This document shows, piece by piece, positions 26,601 through 39,856 of a stretch of 64,000 bases of DNA. The DNA lies in contig OZ024741.1 of the NCBI GenBank assembly GCA_964016885.1, forward strand, positions 239,506,001 through 239,570,000, written 5' to 3'. Origin of the DNA: Eledone cirrhosa. Lineage: Eukaryota. Position numbers and translations under genes: made by a program. The stretch's first letter is position 1, and every line of letters starts with the position of its first letter. The notes under the pieces were generated by a model that did no database searches, had not been told where the DNA came from, and saw only the letters and a program-made list of their open reading frames with translations.

Positions 26601-28311
26601 GAGTGAAAGGGTCAACACTAGGAAATGTAAAATATGGAGCATTATCATTTTTATCTAATACTTCCACTTCAACATTCACTGTGTTATTTAGAGATGGTGT
26701 TCCATTGTCTTTGACTAAAACCTCAAAGTCATAGAAATCTCTGTGTTCTCTGTCTAAAGATTGGTTTGTTGAAATAAAGCCAGAGTTGATAATCTGGAAT
26801 GGTAGACGATATTGGTGTTTATTTCTCAGATGATAACTTAATTCACCTCCCTTACCAACATCTGGGTCTGTAGCATTGATAAAACCAATAGGGAAATTAG
26901 CTTTGTCATTCTCATAGGTAAGGAACTTGAATGTATCTTTGGTAAAGTGTGGTTTTACATCATTCACATCTAACACTTGTATTGAGAGATCTTTATCAGT
27001 TTTGAGAGGAGGTAATCCTTTATCTTGACAGGAGACAGTAAAGTGATAATGTTCCTGTGTCTCTCTGTCTACTGCTTTCTTTAGAACTATTTTATATTCT
27101 TTAGATCCCATTGACTGTAGTTTGAATGTATCATGTTTGATATTACAGCTGACTTCTCCATTGTGTCCAACATCATTGTCAGTGACCATCACATAAGCAA
27201 TGAAACTACCAACTTTGATATCTTCCAGAATGGTAGCTGTGTTGTGATTTGGTGTAGAAATAAAGTTGACATCTATATTTGGAGGATTGTTGTGTTGGTT
27301 GATAACATTTACCATAACAGTTGCTATGGAACTTAGTGGTGGACTGCCATTATCTCTGGCTTCTATATATAATTTAAAAGACTCTTCCATATCAATTTCT
27401 GAAGATTTAGCTAAATATAACTTTCCAGTATTTTCAACTATATTAAAGTGCTTTTTCATTTTCTCTGCAGTTTTTCTAGCAAAATAGAAAGATATTTTAC
27501 CATTCCTACCAATATCTAAATCATTGGCAGATAATGTCACTACTGGAATATTCTTTTTATGTTTATGTTCTATGGAGACATTATAGATACTTTTGGAAAA
27601 TTGTGGTGGATTATCATTTTCATCTTCTACAGATATTTTAACATTTAAAATACTTTGTTTTGGTGGAGTTCCTCCATCTTTAGCAATGACTTCAATATTG
27701 TAACTATCTTCCTTTTCTCGGTCTAATTTCTTCTTCAAAATAATTCCTATTGTTGATATTTCATCTGTTTGTTTAGAAACTGATAAAGAAAAGTATGCAT
27801 TATCATTTTTTAATTCATATTTAATTAAGCTGTTCTCATATCCTACATCTTTGTCAATGGCGCTGGGAATGGGTCTCTTCTTACCATCTCGATCTCCTTC
27901 ACCAAACATTAGATTGATGTCTTTCTCAGGAAACTCAGGTTGGTGGTCATTGATGTCTTCTATTATGACTTTAATTTTTAATATCTTCATAAATGTCTTG
28001 GATTTGTGAACAGCAACTTTAATTATTTCAAAACATTCTTTCTCATAACTACACACAGACTCAGCATCTAATGTCTGAACAGTGTACAGTTTACCTGTTT
28101 TTGTCACATTGAACAATTGTTCTCCCTTTTGTTGTAGTTGACTGAATGTAATTAAATCCTTATTCTTTAAGAAGGAGCTATCTGATGTCTGTAAGTCAGT
28201 AGCAATGTCCCCTACATAAGTATAGGGATTACTCTCTTCTTTAACATGATATGTGATATGTTCACTTAGATAACAGTGGAAGAAAGTCAGTAAAATACAC
28301 AAAAATAACAT
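23659..28311 (-). CDS. Pcdh: Protocadherin gene E, ~872 aa
   Basis: Exons 28311-25960, 25200-25053, 23777-23659; intact frame; last intron enlarged by a retroelement. Confidence 0.93.
23840..24945 (-). mobile_element. Decayed non-LTR retrotransposon fragment with zinc knuckle and restriction-like endonuclease remnant
   Basis: Minus strand reads CPLYKGKLTLVHIFSSC (CCHC-like), then SLRSDILLSSEASKQVVLIELSI (PD..E-type RLE). Absent from the same intron in most paralogs. Ends approximate. Confidence 0.7.
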
Positions 28312-30975
28312 CTCTGCTCCTGATGGTAATACAGTATCCTGGAGAAGTTACAGCTTCAAATATTCTATCTGAAACGGAAACAATTTCAATATATTAATGG
28401 AGTCTGATGTATTAAGTCTTGTCTTGCTTTTTTCATGAAATTCTCAGATTAAACTTAACATCTTGTACTTAGGAAATATCTGCTGTATCCTCAATATATT
28501 CTGGAAATACAGAGTGACAATTACAGTGATTTTGTCCTGCACTGAACATCCCAGTATTCTTCGACAGTAAAGGCTGTGCTGTCTGGGCCACATCCAACAC
28601 ATGAGCTGGCACCTGGCAGAAGGTTCGTAGACCAACCCAAGCTGCACAAAAATGATGCCTACATGAGAAATATGAAGGCACTCAATATTAATACAGAATT
28701 CTGGGCAATGCTATCGGATGACTAGTACCCTGAACTGGTAACATAAAATTATTGAAGCAAATCTGTTGGACATTGCAGAAGTAAAGTAAGCATAAAGAAA
28801 ATAGCACAGAAGTACCAACAGACCAACAAACACAGATAGGTGTGACCTCTATTTTAAATATAAAATAAACAAATTTAAACCTGCATCTATGTGTATTCTT
28901 TTGTTTTTAAATTAAAGTAAATTTTTAGTAAGATGATATCTACGTAATATTGGATTCAACTCACATATATTCCTCCTATTTTACATGAGATATTAAAATA
29001 GGAGTTCAGCGTGGAAACATGGACGTTAACCGATGATGATGAGGAGGATGATATCAAATTTTAATGGATAATATTAAGTTGGGAGACCTTTAAAATATAG
29101 ACATTACTTAGGATGACGTCCTGAGTTATCTCTCTTGAATAAGAAATAATTTCAGATATTACACAATTTTCAACAAAAACATTCTATAAAGGAAGAATAC
29201 AAATCAACATCATAACGAAGATATTAACCAATAATAGTAATAAGGATGAAAGGCAAAGTTAACCTCGGCGGGATTTGAACTCAAGACCGTCAAGGGACGT
29301 ATCTATGCTGGAAAGCATGGCGTCTGACTCCACCAATACTGCCAAACCAATAATAGTAATAATGTTGTGATGTTAGTCACCTATTGTGTATTCTGTAAAA
29401 CTGGACGGAATTACAGAATGAAATTTTTCAAGTATTATAATTTATATTAAATAGTATTGACAAGATATCTGTTGTCAAACTGCTACTGATATATTCAGGT
29501 ATATATTAAAAACTGAATCACATTTGATATTGTTAATATTACCACTTCAGTCATTGTTCACTTAGAAATAACACATAACATTTTATCAAAACCTGTAGTT
29601 AAATTAACGTTATAATTGAAATGTCATGGGAGTTGCCTTAAATAGAAATATTATTTTGACTGCATGAACTAATTGATTTTTAAAATTTGTTATATCAGCA
29701 ACTTGTAGTCTTTTTCATTTTGCTTATAAAATATTTATGAAATTAGAAATAAAATATGAAACAAGAGATAACCCTTTTTTAATAACAGGACTTCATAACA
29801 TTAAATTGTAACAGTATTTATCTGAATACATTATATTTAACATTTTATAACAGAATATATTTTAATCAAATTTCAAACTAATTTTTATAAAGTCACCAAA
29901 TTAACAAATTTCTATTTAACTGTTTTCTACAGTAGAAAATAAATAAAATGATGTGAAAAGAAAATCTAAAATAAATTCTTAATGAACTTCTTTTTCTAAT
30001 TATTTCTGAAAGATGAATAAAAAATATTTTGTGTCAACATTGTTAGTCACATATTAAATTGGTCCATCATGTGAATATTTGTTATAAAAGATTTACAACA
30101 TTGTTGTGATATAACCCTATGTAATCTACTCTACAGCAGATCTATAATCAAAAACATTTCTGCCACAACCATCCATAATTTGTGTTATGTTGCAAAAGAA
30201 AATATTTGACAGATTGAAATACATGTATGAATAGATAGCAAGCCACAATTAATACATCAATATTGCTTATGTAGGGTTAAAGCTAAAGAATCCTTATATC
30301 TTGTCTTCCTAAATGTTAATAAAAATTATAGCAGGAAATTATAGAAATAGAGGGGATAAATTTGTCCTATCTAAAACATATAAATGAGAGTATATTTAGA
30401 ACACTAAACATAATTTCAAAAATAGAATTCATAGAAATCAAATTAATACCCTCCTATAAGCTTCAATAGACATATACACAGAAATAAAGACTTACACACA
30501 CATTGTATATACACACATATACATATAAGTAAATATGCATGGGTGTATGTAGACATACAGCATTTTGTATATAATCTTATAATACTCTTACCAACATTAC
30601 TGTATATATTTCACAATCATTCTTGTTCAATATTTAGTATGTACTAAGAGCATACAATGTATGATTGAATAATTCAGTAAAAATATATAATGATGAATTA
30701 TGTTAAAAGATAATAAACAGGATAAATATTGTAAATACATCAAAGATGACAGCAAATATTGTGAGAAGTATGTTATATAAAACTACAATTCAACATATAT
30801 TCCTCTCCCTCACTGTTTCTTACAAAATACTTGATACCCATGTTGGTAAAGAAGACATTCAGTGAGAACTAACACGGATCTAATATGGCCACCATTATAG
30901 TTTGATAATATAATATAGCTATATATGAAATTATTATTTTACATGACTGGATAAATATGAAATAATAGAACTTAC

Positions 30976-31390
30976 ATTCATTGTGTAAAATCCTTTGTTA
31001 TAAACTGTGAGTTGGTCCCAATGTTCTGTTGTTAATGGTTGTCTGTGTCACTGCTGCTATGGTGTGACAATGGCTTCATGTTGATGGAATAGTGTTGGTA
31101 GTGAGTCAGTGGGAACCAGCAGTTCCTCTCAGTCTTCAATGTGTATGTGATGTTTACTGAGTGTGAGTGTGTGTGAGTATGAGAGAGAGGTGGGGAAGGG
31201 TGATGCTTACACCAGCTTCACTCAGAATAGATGTGTTTCCCCTCACAGAGAAGAGGGAGAGAGAGAGAAGACACAATATCAGCTCCACTAACAGTCAGCC
31301 ATAATATGTCTATATAATAAAAAACATGTCTAATGTAGAGACTGACATAGAAATACTTCGAGAGAGGTTATATTAACAAAATATGGCTGA
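30976..31390 (-). promoter_or_regulatory. Conserved promoter + putative leader exon of gene E (exon ~31158-30976)
   Basis: Same block; donor at 30976/30975; large exon begins at 28368. Confidence 0.6.
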
Positions 31391-31726
31391 TGTTAATATG
31401 TGTGTAATTTAAAATGTAAATAAAATATTAACAATAATAGTTAACATGTCTGACCTAATTACAAACTAACTTTCCTATTCAGAATATATTTAGAAAATTT
31501 TAAAGATGATATGTAATCTATGTAAAATATATTAACATTTACAATAATGTATTTACTATTTATTTAGATTTAAATTCAATTTACCAGGGAAGTAGTCTAT
31601 TATTCCTAAACAAATTTCACTTACATTTCCATTAATATTATCAACTAACTAATATATTTTTGTTGTTTTAACTATTCTCTGAAGATTGAAGGTGATATTT
31701 CTGTTGTGTTAACTTCTCAGTCTGAC

Positions 31727-33786
31727 TTAACTAGCAACAACATCTGGTGTTGAAGGTAACTGTCTCTCTGGAGGTTTCACATATCTGTCTTGGTAATGGT
31801 CTCTCTCATTGTTGCTTGACACATCAGGTGGGACACCATAGATTCCTGAAACAAGTACATCAACCCAACTTACTATATAGTTCACAAAGACAGTCAATAG
31901 TTATTTACTGACCTCAGTTATCAATCTTTTATCCACTAGATTCACTGGATTAAGATATATAATATCAATCATTAAAGAATTAATAGTACACCATACAATT
32001 ACATCTTTACAATCTTAAACACATCAATAAACCACTGACTAGTTGAATAAAACAATAGATTTAGTAATTTAAAATCAATATAAAATTCATCAAAATATTA
32101 GTCATATATTAGTAGAAATATATTGACAAAATGAATAAAAATAACAAATTATGAACATCAGAACACAATGTTTTGTTTAAAGCATACTTTGATATGTAAC
32201 ACTGAGAAAGATGATCAAGATATTGTTTTACCTGACATTGCTGGTATTTCTTCATACTGTCTACTTGACCTTTCACTCCAGCACTGTCCACTACTCTTAT
32301 GACTGGTCAATGTATCAGTAGGATAGTTAGAAGATGGTCTGTTGTCTCCATAAGATGTCACCTCTATAGGTTGACTGTATTTCTGATTTAAAATAGTTAC
32401 AAGATAGAGTATAGGGATATTTAGGACAATGTACCTAAAATATACTAAATTTTGAGATATTGATGAGCACATGTATACTTTTGAAATATTCAATTATTTA
32501 TTATAAAAGAATCAACTATGTAGATCCTCTTTATTTGATCCTTTTTCATCATACCAAAGAACATGTTGCAAATAATTATTTCATAGCTTACTCTGAAAAA
32601 TTTAACTACTTATACCTATTTTCAGTGCAAATTTGGAGGTATAACAGGTAGGAAATTTGACATGTTTGTCAACAGAAATACAGTTTCCTAAACAATCTGA
32701 AATTATCCAAAATAGATGATAGAGTTAAAATCCTATTGACAAAGTTACACTGGCAACAAATGTCAAGATTCTGGCTCCACAGTGTATGACTGCATCCTTG
32801 ATTCTGTTGACATTGCACTCATTAAATTTACCAAAAAAATATGTACAACATCGATTATCTCATATTTTAAACATAAACTGAACACCATATGATAATGTTA
32901 TTTTTTTGCCATCAGGTATTCTATATTAAAATCAATCAAAAATTAAACAGCAACCTTAAATTGGTAATTCAAACAGTACTATAAAATACTAGCTGATGTA
33001 CCCGACTTAGGCTGGGAGAACAATTAAGAGAAAACAGATAATAGAGAAAACGATTGTATTTGATGTGTTGTCTGGTTTACAGTATGAGGTGAGACTGTGT
33101 GTGTGAGAGAGAGAGAGACATAAAAAAAAAATAATAAAACTTCCTTATTAGGCTGGGTGAGTAAACTGCTGATTAAATGGCAGCATTGGCCTTGGATTTT
33201 AAATGTGAAATAAGCACAGTTAGCATGACCTTTTTCAGCTGCAAAAGACATCATCTGAAACGCAGCAATATACTGCATAATATTGCTTCTGAAGTGTTTA
33301 GTTTCGTTAGTATGGTCTGTAAGCAGTATATGGATAAAAGCTGAAGGGTCCTCTATCAGTGGAAGTCTGACATTTCCTCCTAAAGAACATATGCCAAGTG
33401 TAATATCCATGCTACCAATCGCAACTTTAGGATCATTTCTATAATTCTTCAATGGCTCATATGAAAATGTAGCTCTTAGCCAGTATATTCTGCCTTGAAG
33501 AGTCGTTTGGGCTCGTCGAGTTTGCATCATTTGCATACTGAGCGAGTTACGGCTGGCCTTGCCGAATATAGAAAATAAAATTGGAATTTTATTTCTCGCC
33601 CTAGCAGACTTTAATTGTATCGCTCTCTGTATAACGGCCTATCTCTGCCTCTCTCTCTCACTTTAGATGTGTGTGTGTTCATTATGTCAGTCGTCAGTGT
33701 GTACGCACACACACACACTCTCACATACACACACACACATATACTTGTCAGTCATCACATTTATATGTATGTGTAGATGTGTATGT

Positions 33787-33852
<66 letters not shown>

Positions 33853-36557
33853 ATTCTCTGTGCAACTTACTAAGGCCGAAAGTATGTAACGAACGCACAA
33901 ACCCATACACAATCATATACAAAATGTGACATTGTCGTGGTGGTGGGGATGGTGTTTATGTTATAAAATGTCATTAACTATAGTTGACTGTAGAAATATT
34001 AGTTTGTTTTAATCCAAATGAAAATAAAAATTACATGTTAATCTTGGGATCTAATACCTTGTAAAATTTGATTTGATTTTGTCAAGCTGTTTGAGAATGT
34101 ATAAGGAACAGGCAAACAGAGAGACAAATAATTTTATATACATAGAGATTAGGTTTTATCATAGAGTCAAACATTATTAATAGAAAGAAAATATGAAAAA
34201 TAGGTTACCTTTGTGGATTTCTGAAGAGATCTGTTCATTGTTGATGTCTTCCAGTTTTCAGGATAGTAATGGCTTCTAGACTGACTATATCTGTCTGATA
34301 TCTCTCCTCGATTACCTGACATCACAGATACACTGTTGTTACCTTGATAAATCAACTGTCTCATCTCATTACGACATTGGTATGCCTGTTTCTCTTCTGT
34401 TGTTCTAGCCGAGTTATTTCTCACATTGTTACATCTCACAATACACAATGTTATAGAAACCACAATAGCTATAGATACTATCACAGCTGCTACTACAATG
34501 ATAATCAACAATGTTGCATCTATTGTGTTATCAGTTGATACATGGACAGCTGTGAACATTGGTGATGTCTTGTTACTAACAGTCAGTGTTAAAGAGACAC
34601 TAGTTGTTGCTGACAGAACTGGAGTACCACTGTCTTTCACAACAAACTCCAGTTGATATGATCCGGCATCATTTTGGTAAACTGTGCGAGAATAAGATAA
34701 GACACCAGTGAATGAGTCCAGTTTAAATAACTGTCTCTCATTACCTGAAAGGATTTCATACCTGAGAAAAGCATTCATGTGACTGTCTAGATCAGAGGCT
34801 TTCAGAAGTGTGATGTCATTCTTACTTTGTGGATGATAGTGGACATCAAGAGTGAAAGGGTCAACACTAGGAAATGTAAAATATGGAGCATTATCATTTT
34901 TATCTAATACTTCCACTTCAACATTCACTGTGTTATTTAGAGATGGTGTTCCATTGTCTTTGACTAAAACCTCAAAGTCATAGAAATCTCTGTGTTCTCT
35001 GTCTAAAGATTGGTTTGTTGAAATAAAGCCAGAGTGGATAATCTGGAATGGTAGACGGTATTGGTGTTTATTTCTCAGATAATAACTTAACTCACCTCCC
35101 TTACCAACATCTGGGTCTGTAGCATTGATAAAACCAATAGGGAAATTAGCTTTGTCATTCTCATAGGTAAGGAACTTGAATGTATCTTTGGTAAAGTGTG
35201 GTTTTACATCATTCACATCTAACACTTGTATTGAGAGATCTTTATCAGTTTTGAGAGGAGGTAATCCTTTATCTTGACAGGAGACAGTAAAGTGATAATG
35301 TTCCTGTGTCTCTCTGTCTACTGCTTTCTTTAGAACTATTTTATATTCTTTAGATCCCATTGACTGTAGTTTGAATGTATCATGTTTGATATCACAGCTG
35401 ACCTCTCCATTGTGTCCAACATCATTGTCAGTGACCATCACATAAGCAATGAAACTACCAACTTTGATATCTTCCAGAATGGTAGCTGTGTTGTGATTCT
35501 GTGTAGAAATATAGTTGACATCAATATTTGGAGGATTGTTGTGTTGGTTGATAACATTTACCAGAACAGTTGCTATGGAACTGAGTGGTGGATTGCCATT
35601 ATCTCTGGCTTCTATGTATAATTTAAAAGACTCTTCCATATCAATTTCTGAAGATTTAGCAAAATATAACTTTCCAGTATTTTCATCTAAATCAAAGAAT
35701 CTTTTCATTTTCTCTGACGTTGTCCTTGCAAAATAGAAAGATATTTTAGCATTCCTGCCAATATCTAAATCATTGGCAGATAATGTCACTACTGGAATAT
35801 TCTTTTTATGATTATGTTTTATAGACACATTGTAGATACTTTTGGCAAATTCTGGTTTATTATCATTTTCATCTTCAACAGATATTTTAACATTTAAAAT
35901 ACTTTGTTTTGGTGGAGTTCCTCCATCTTTACCAATGACTTCAATGTTGTAGCTGTCTTTTTTTTCTCTGTCTAATTTCTTTACTAAAATAACTTCTAAT
36001 GTTGATATTCCACCAGCTTCATTGGAAACACTAAGTGAAAATTGTCCTTCATTATCTTTTAGTTCATATTTAATTAATCTGTTTTGATATCCCACATCTT
36101 TATCAATGGCACTGGGAATAGCCTTCTTCAAACCTTTACCATCTCCATCTCTAAACACTAGAGTGATTTCTTTCCCTGGAAACTCAGGTTGGTGGTCATT
36201 GATGTCTTCTATTATGACTTTAATTTTTAATATCTTCATAAATGTCTTGGATTTGTGAACAGCAACTTTCACTATTTCAAAACATTCTTTCTCATAACTA
36301 CACACAGACTCAGCATCCAATGTCTGAACAGTGTACAGTTTACCTGTTTTTGTCACATTGAACAATTGTTCTCCTTTTTGTTGTAGTTGACTGAATGTAA
36401 TTAAATCCTTATTCTTTAAGGAGCTATCTGATGTCTGTAAGTCAGTAGCAATGTCCCCTACATAAGTATAGGGATTTCTTTCTTCTTTAACATGGTATGT
36501 GATATGTTCACTTAGATAACAGTGGAAGAAAGTCAGTAAAATACACAGAAACAACAT
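31727..36557 (-). CDS. Pcdh: Protocadherin gene F, ~872 aa
   Basis: Exons 36557-34209, 32382-32232, 31845-31727; intact frame; Helitron in the intron after the large exon. Confidence 0.93.
32989..34148 (-). mobile_element. Non-autonomous Helitron with an N-terminal Rep-associated fragment
   Basis: Minus strand 5'-TC...CTAG-3' inserted between A and T with no TSD (empty site in gene H at 51291/51292). Imperfect GC hairpin ~33001-33016. ORF 33536-33024 has KHFRSNIMQYIAAFQMMSF...FKIQGQCCHLISSL, like the Helitron N-terminal domain. Internal (TG)n. Confidence 0.85.
33793..33850. repeat. (TG)n microsatellite inside the Helitron
   Basis: Uninterrupted TG run. Confidence 0.95.
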
Positions 36558-36600
36558 CTCTGCTCTTGATGTTAATACAGTATCCAGGGAAAAAACAGTT

Positions 36601-36698
36601 TTGAATATTCAATCTGAAATAGAAATAGATTTAACATATTAATGAAATCTTGAATATTCAATCTGAAATAGAAATAGATTTAACATATTAATGAAATC
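36601..36698. repeat. 49-bp tandem duplication covering the splice acceptor of the gene F large exon
   Basis: ttgaatattcaatctgaaatagaaatagatttaacatattaatgaaatc occurs twice; single in gene D. Confidence 0.9.
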
Positions 36699-39013
36699 TG
36701 CTACACTAAGTTTGTCTTCCCTTTTTTCAGTAAGCAATGTTATATAATCGATCAAATTGTTTGAGATATTACAGTCACCTTAGAAATGCAAAACTATTAC
36801 AATGTTTAATATGAGTTACATCTGAACCACATTTTTCTTACTATTTCTCACTAACATGGAATGTTTTTCTTTTTTTCTTTTACGCCATTTTACATCCATT
36901 AACTGCATCATCAGTCTATTATACATTTTAAAATAAAAGTGGGACCTATTTTCACATACAGTCTGAACTTTAACTGCAACTAACAAGGAGATAACAGTAT
37001 AATGGGAAAGATGGTAGCAGCATCATATCAGATTTAAATACATTTTTATCGAACATTTAATTAAACTGTAACATGTATTATCATTTACTGTTATATTTTA
37101 ATAGCAAATATTAAAGTTGGAAATGAATGAAATATAGCCGTGATGCAGTAGGAAATTTGTAGGAATAATTGAATTATCTCCCCCTTAATAAAAAAAATTA
37201 GTACCTTGACAGAAATTACAATCTTTAACAAACAATTTATTTCACATAGTCTGGAAGATATTCTAAAGATTATGTAAAAAAAAAAAACAAACACATCATA
37301 ACTAAAGTATTGACGAAACAATAATAATGTTATAATAGTTGCAATAAGTCATCTTCTGTTGTGTATTTTGTAGAGCTGGGGGAAATTAGAGTTTGATGTT
37401 TATCATATAATCCATATCAAATAGATTGAATACAAAACAAAATATTTCCAATTGTTATCATTTTATGCTCAATACTTTTCTATCCATAATTAATATATAC
37501 AATTTCTCAATATATCTACCGTAGGTCAAGTTACATTAGCAAAACGTTCTTGAGAAGTATAAAACAGTACTGACTGCATCACATTAAAAGTTGAAGTCTA
37601 ATACAGCGAGTTTTTCACAATAAGCTATCCACTAGTAAAGACACTATACACATTTGAATTAACAAACCTATTTTTAAAGATATTTTCTGCTAAATCATTA
37701 TAAGACATCACATTAAATAGAACAAATTCTTTAAAACAGAATCATTCATTACTAAACTCATCTACTTTAAACAAGCAGCTTTCTCATTTATGAAAAGACA
37801 AATTTATTCTTTAAATAATAATAAACTTTATATTATAGCAGCATGTCATTACATTACATTACTTGGGTAGTTTAGCTTTGAATATATGCAACAGAATATC
37901 ATATGTTCTTTAGATCTCAAATTAATATTAAATAGATATATGATAAGGACATTTATGTTTGTTTCCTGTCAATAAAAATGAAAATAAAATTATGTAAAAC
38001 TTTAAAACAAATTCTAAATGAAGTTGATTATAATTACTTATTCTCAAATTGGAATCAAATATTTAATGCCAACATTATTAGTGAATTATCTAATTAGTTC
38101 TAAGGCCTACTGGATTGCTGTTAAACAATCATGATTGACACTCCCACTTTTAGATATAAAACAATTAAAAGAAATTGGAAGATTTAATACTTAAATAAAA
38201 GATTTAAAAAAACAAACAATTGTAATAAATAATTAAGTATAAATAGGATGTGATAGTATATCTATAAACATTGGTTAGTTTTACACCACTAAAATTACAG
38301 AATAACCTATCAAAAGGAAGTCACACAAAATAACATTTCTTAAAACAAGTCTATAAAAATAATCACTGGCATAGTTTGTTGATACATAATTACATAATTT
38401 AATAATATAAAATTAAAAAAATCAAATTCAATAATTAATTAAAATTATTAAAAATATACTTTATAGATTATCATCAAAAATAAATGTTGAAGATATACAT
38501 AATATTTGAATATTTAGTTGATATATTAATGTGGAAATATTGTTATAGCACACACATTCCCTAAGCACTTACACACAGATAACACAAATTTGCTAAAATC
38601 TAAACAATATATCAAATATTCTATAGTAATATTCTTTCCTATGTAAAATTAAATATTTTCACTAGAGAATATCTCAGATAAACAATTATTTTGCTCAGAA
38701 AAATTCTAGAATTTTTTCATTCATCTGCCAGAAAACTAGAGGAATCATACATTAAATATGAATAAAGGTTTCACAAGAATACCATGAAGTAGTCATCTGT
38801 AAGAACTAGCAAAGTGATATATCATCTAACTCTTTTTTATGCATTGCTACCAAACATAAACTGGCCATGTTGGTAAAGAAGACATTCAATGAGAACTAAC
38901 ACAGATCTAATATGGCCACCATTACAATATTATATTTTGATGGTATAATACAGCTATATATGAAGTTATTATTTTACATGACTGGATAAATAATATGAAG
39001 TAATAAAACTTAC

Positions 39014-39415
39014 ATTCATTGTGTAAAATCCTTTGTTATAAACTGTGAGTTGGTCCCAATGTTCTATTGTTAATGGTTGTCTGTGTCACTGCTGCTATGG
39101 TGTGACAATGGCTTCATGTTGATGGAATAGTGTTGGTAGTGAGTCAGTGGGAACCAGCAGTTCCTCTCAGTCTTCTATGTATATGTGATGTTTACTGAGT
39201 GTGAGTGTGTGTGAGAGAGAGAGAGGGTGGGGGAGGGTGATGCTTACTCCAGCCTCACTCAGACTAGATGTGTTTCCCCTCACAGAGAAGAGGGAGAGAG
39301 AGAGAGAAGACACAATGTCAGCTCCACTAACAGTCAGCCACTAACATGTCTTATGTAGAGAGACTGACATAGAAATACTTAGAAGAGAGAGGTTATATTA
39401 ACAAAATATGGCTGA
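39014..39415 (-). promoter_or_regulatory. Conserved promoter + putative leader exon of gene F (exon ~39196-39014)
   Basis: Same block; donor at 39014/39013; large exon begins at 36613 (duplicate acceptor at 36662). Confidence 0.6.
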
Positions 39416-39856
39416 TGTTGTTCATGTGTTTAATATAAAATGTAAATAAAATATTGACAATAATACTTAGTGTGTGTCTGACCTAATTATAAACTAACTA
39501 TTCTATTCAGGATATATTTAAGAGAATTTACATGTGATATGTTACCTATGTAAAATATATTTTCTAAAATATTAACCCTGTCTAACCTATGCTAGTATGG
39601 AAGAACGGACGTAAAAGGGTGATGATGATGATGATTAACATTTACAATATAAGGTATTTGTTATTAATTTACACCATAATTCAATTCATATTTTCAAATT
39701 TAAAGGTGATGATGATGATTTCACTCCAAAATCCATTATTACCATACAAATTTCCCTTAATATTATCCATTAACTAATATATTTCTATAGTGTTAAATAT
39801 TGTATTGTATGAATGTTGTAGGTGATATTTCTGTTGTGTTAACTTCTCAGTCTGAC

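Noticed and set aside
33667-33873. Cys/Val-rich and His/Ile/Tyr-rich short ORFs (also 7105-7422, 63265-63531)
   Set aside because: Translations of TG and TA microsatellites.
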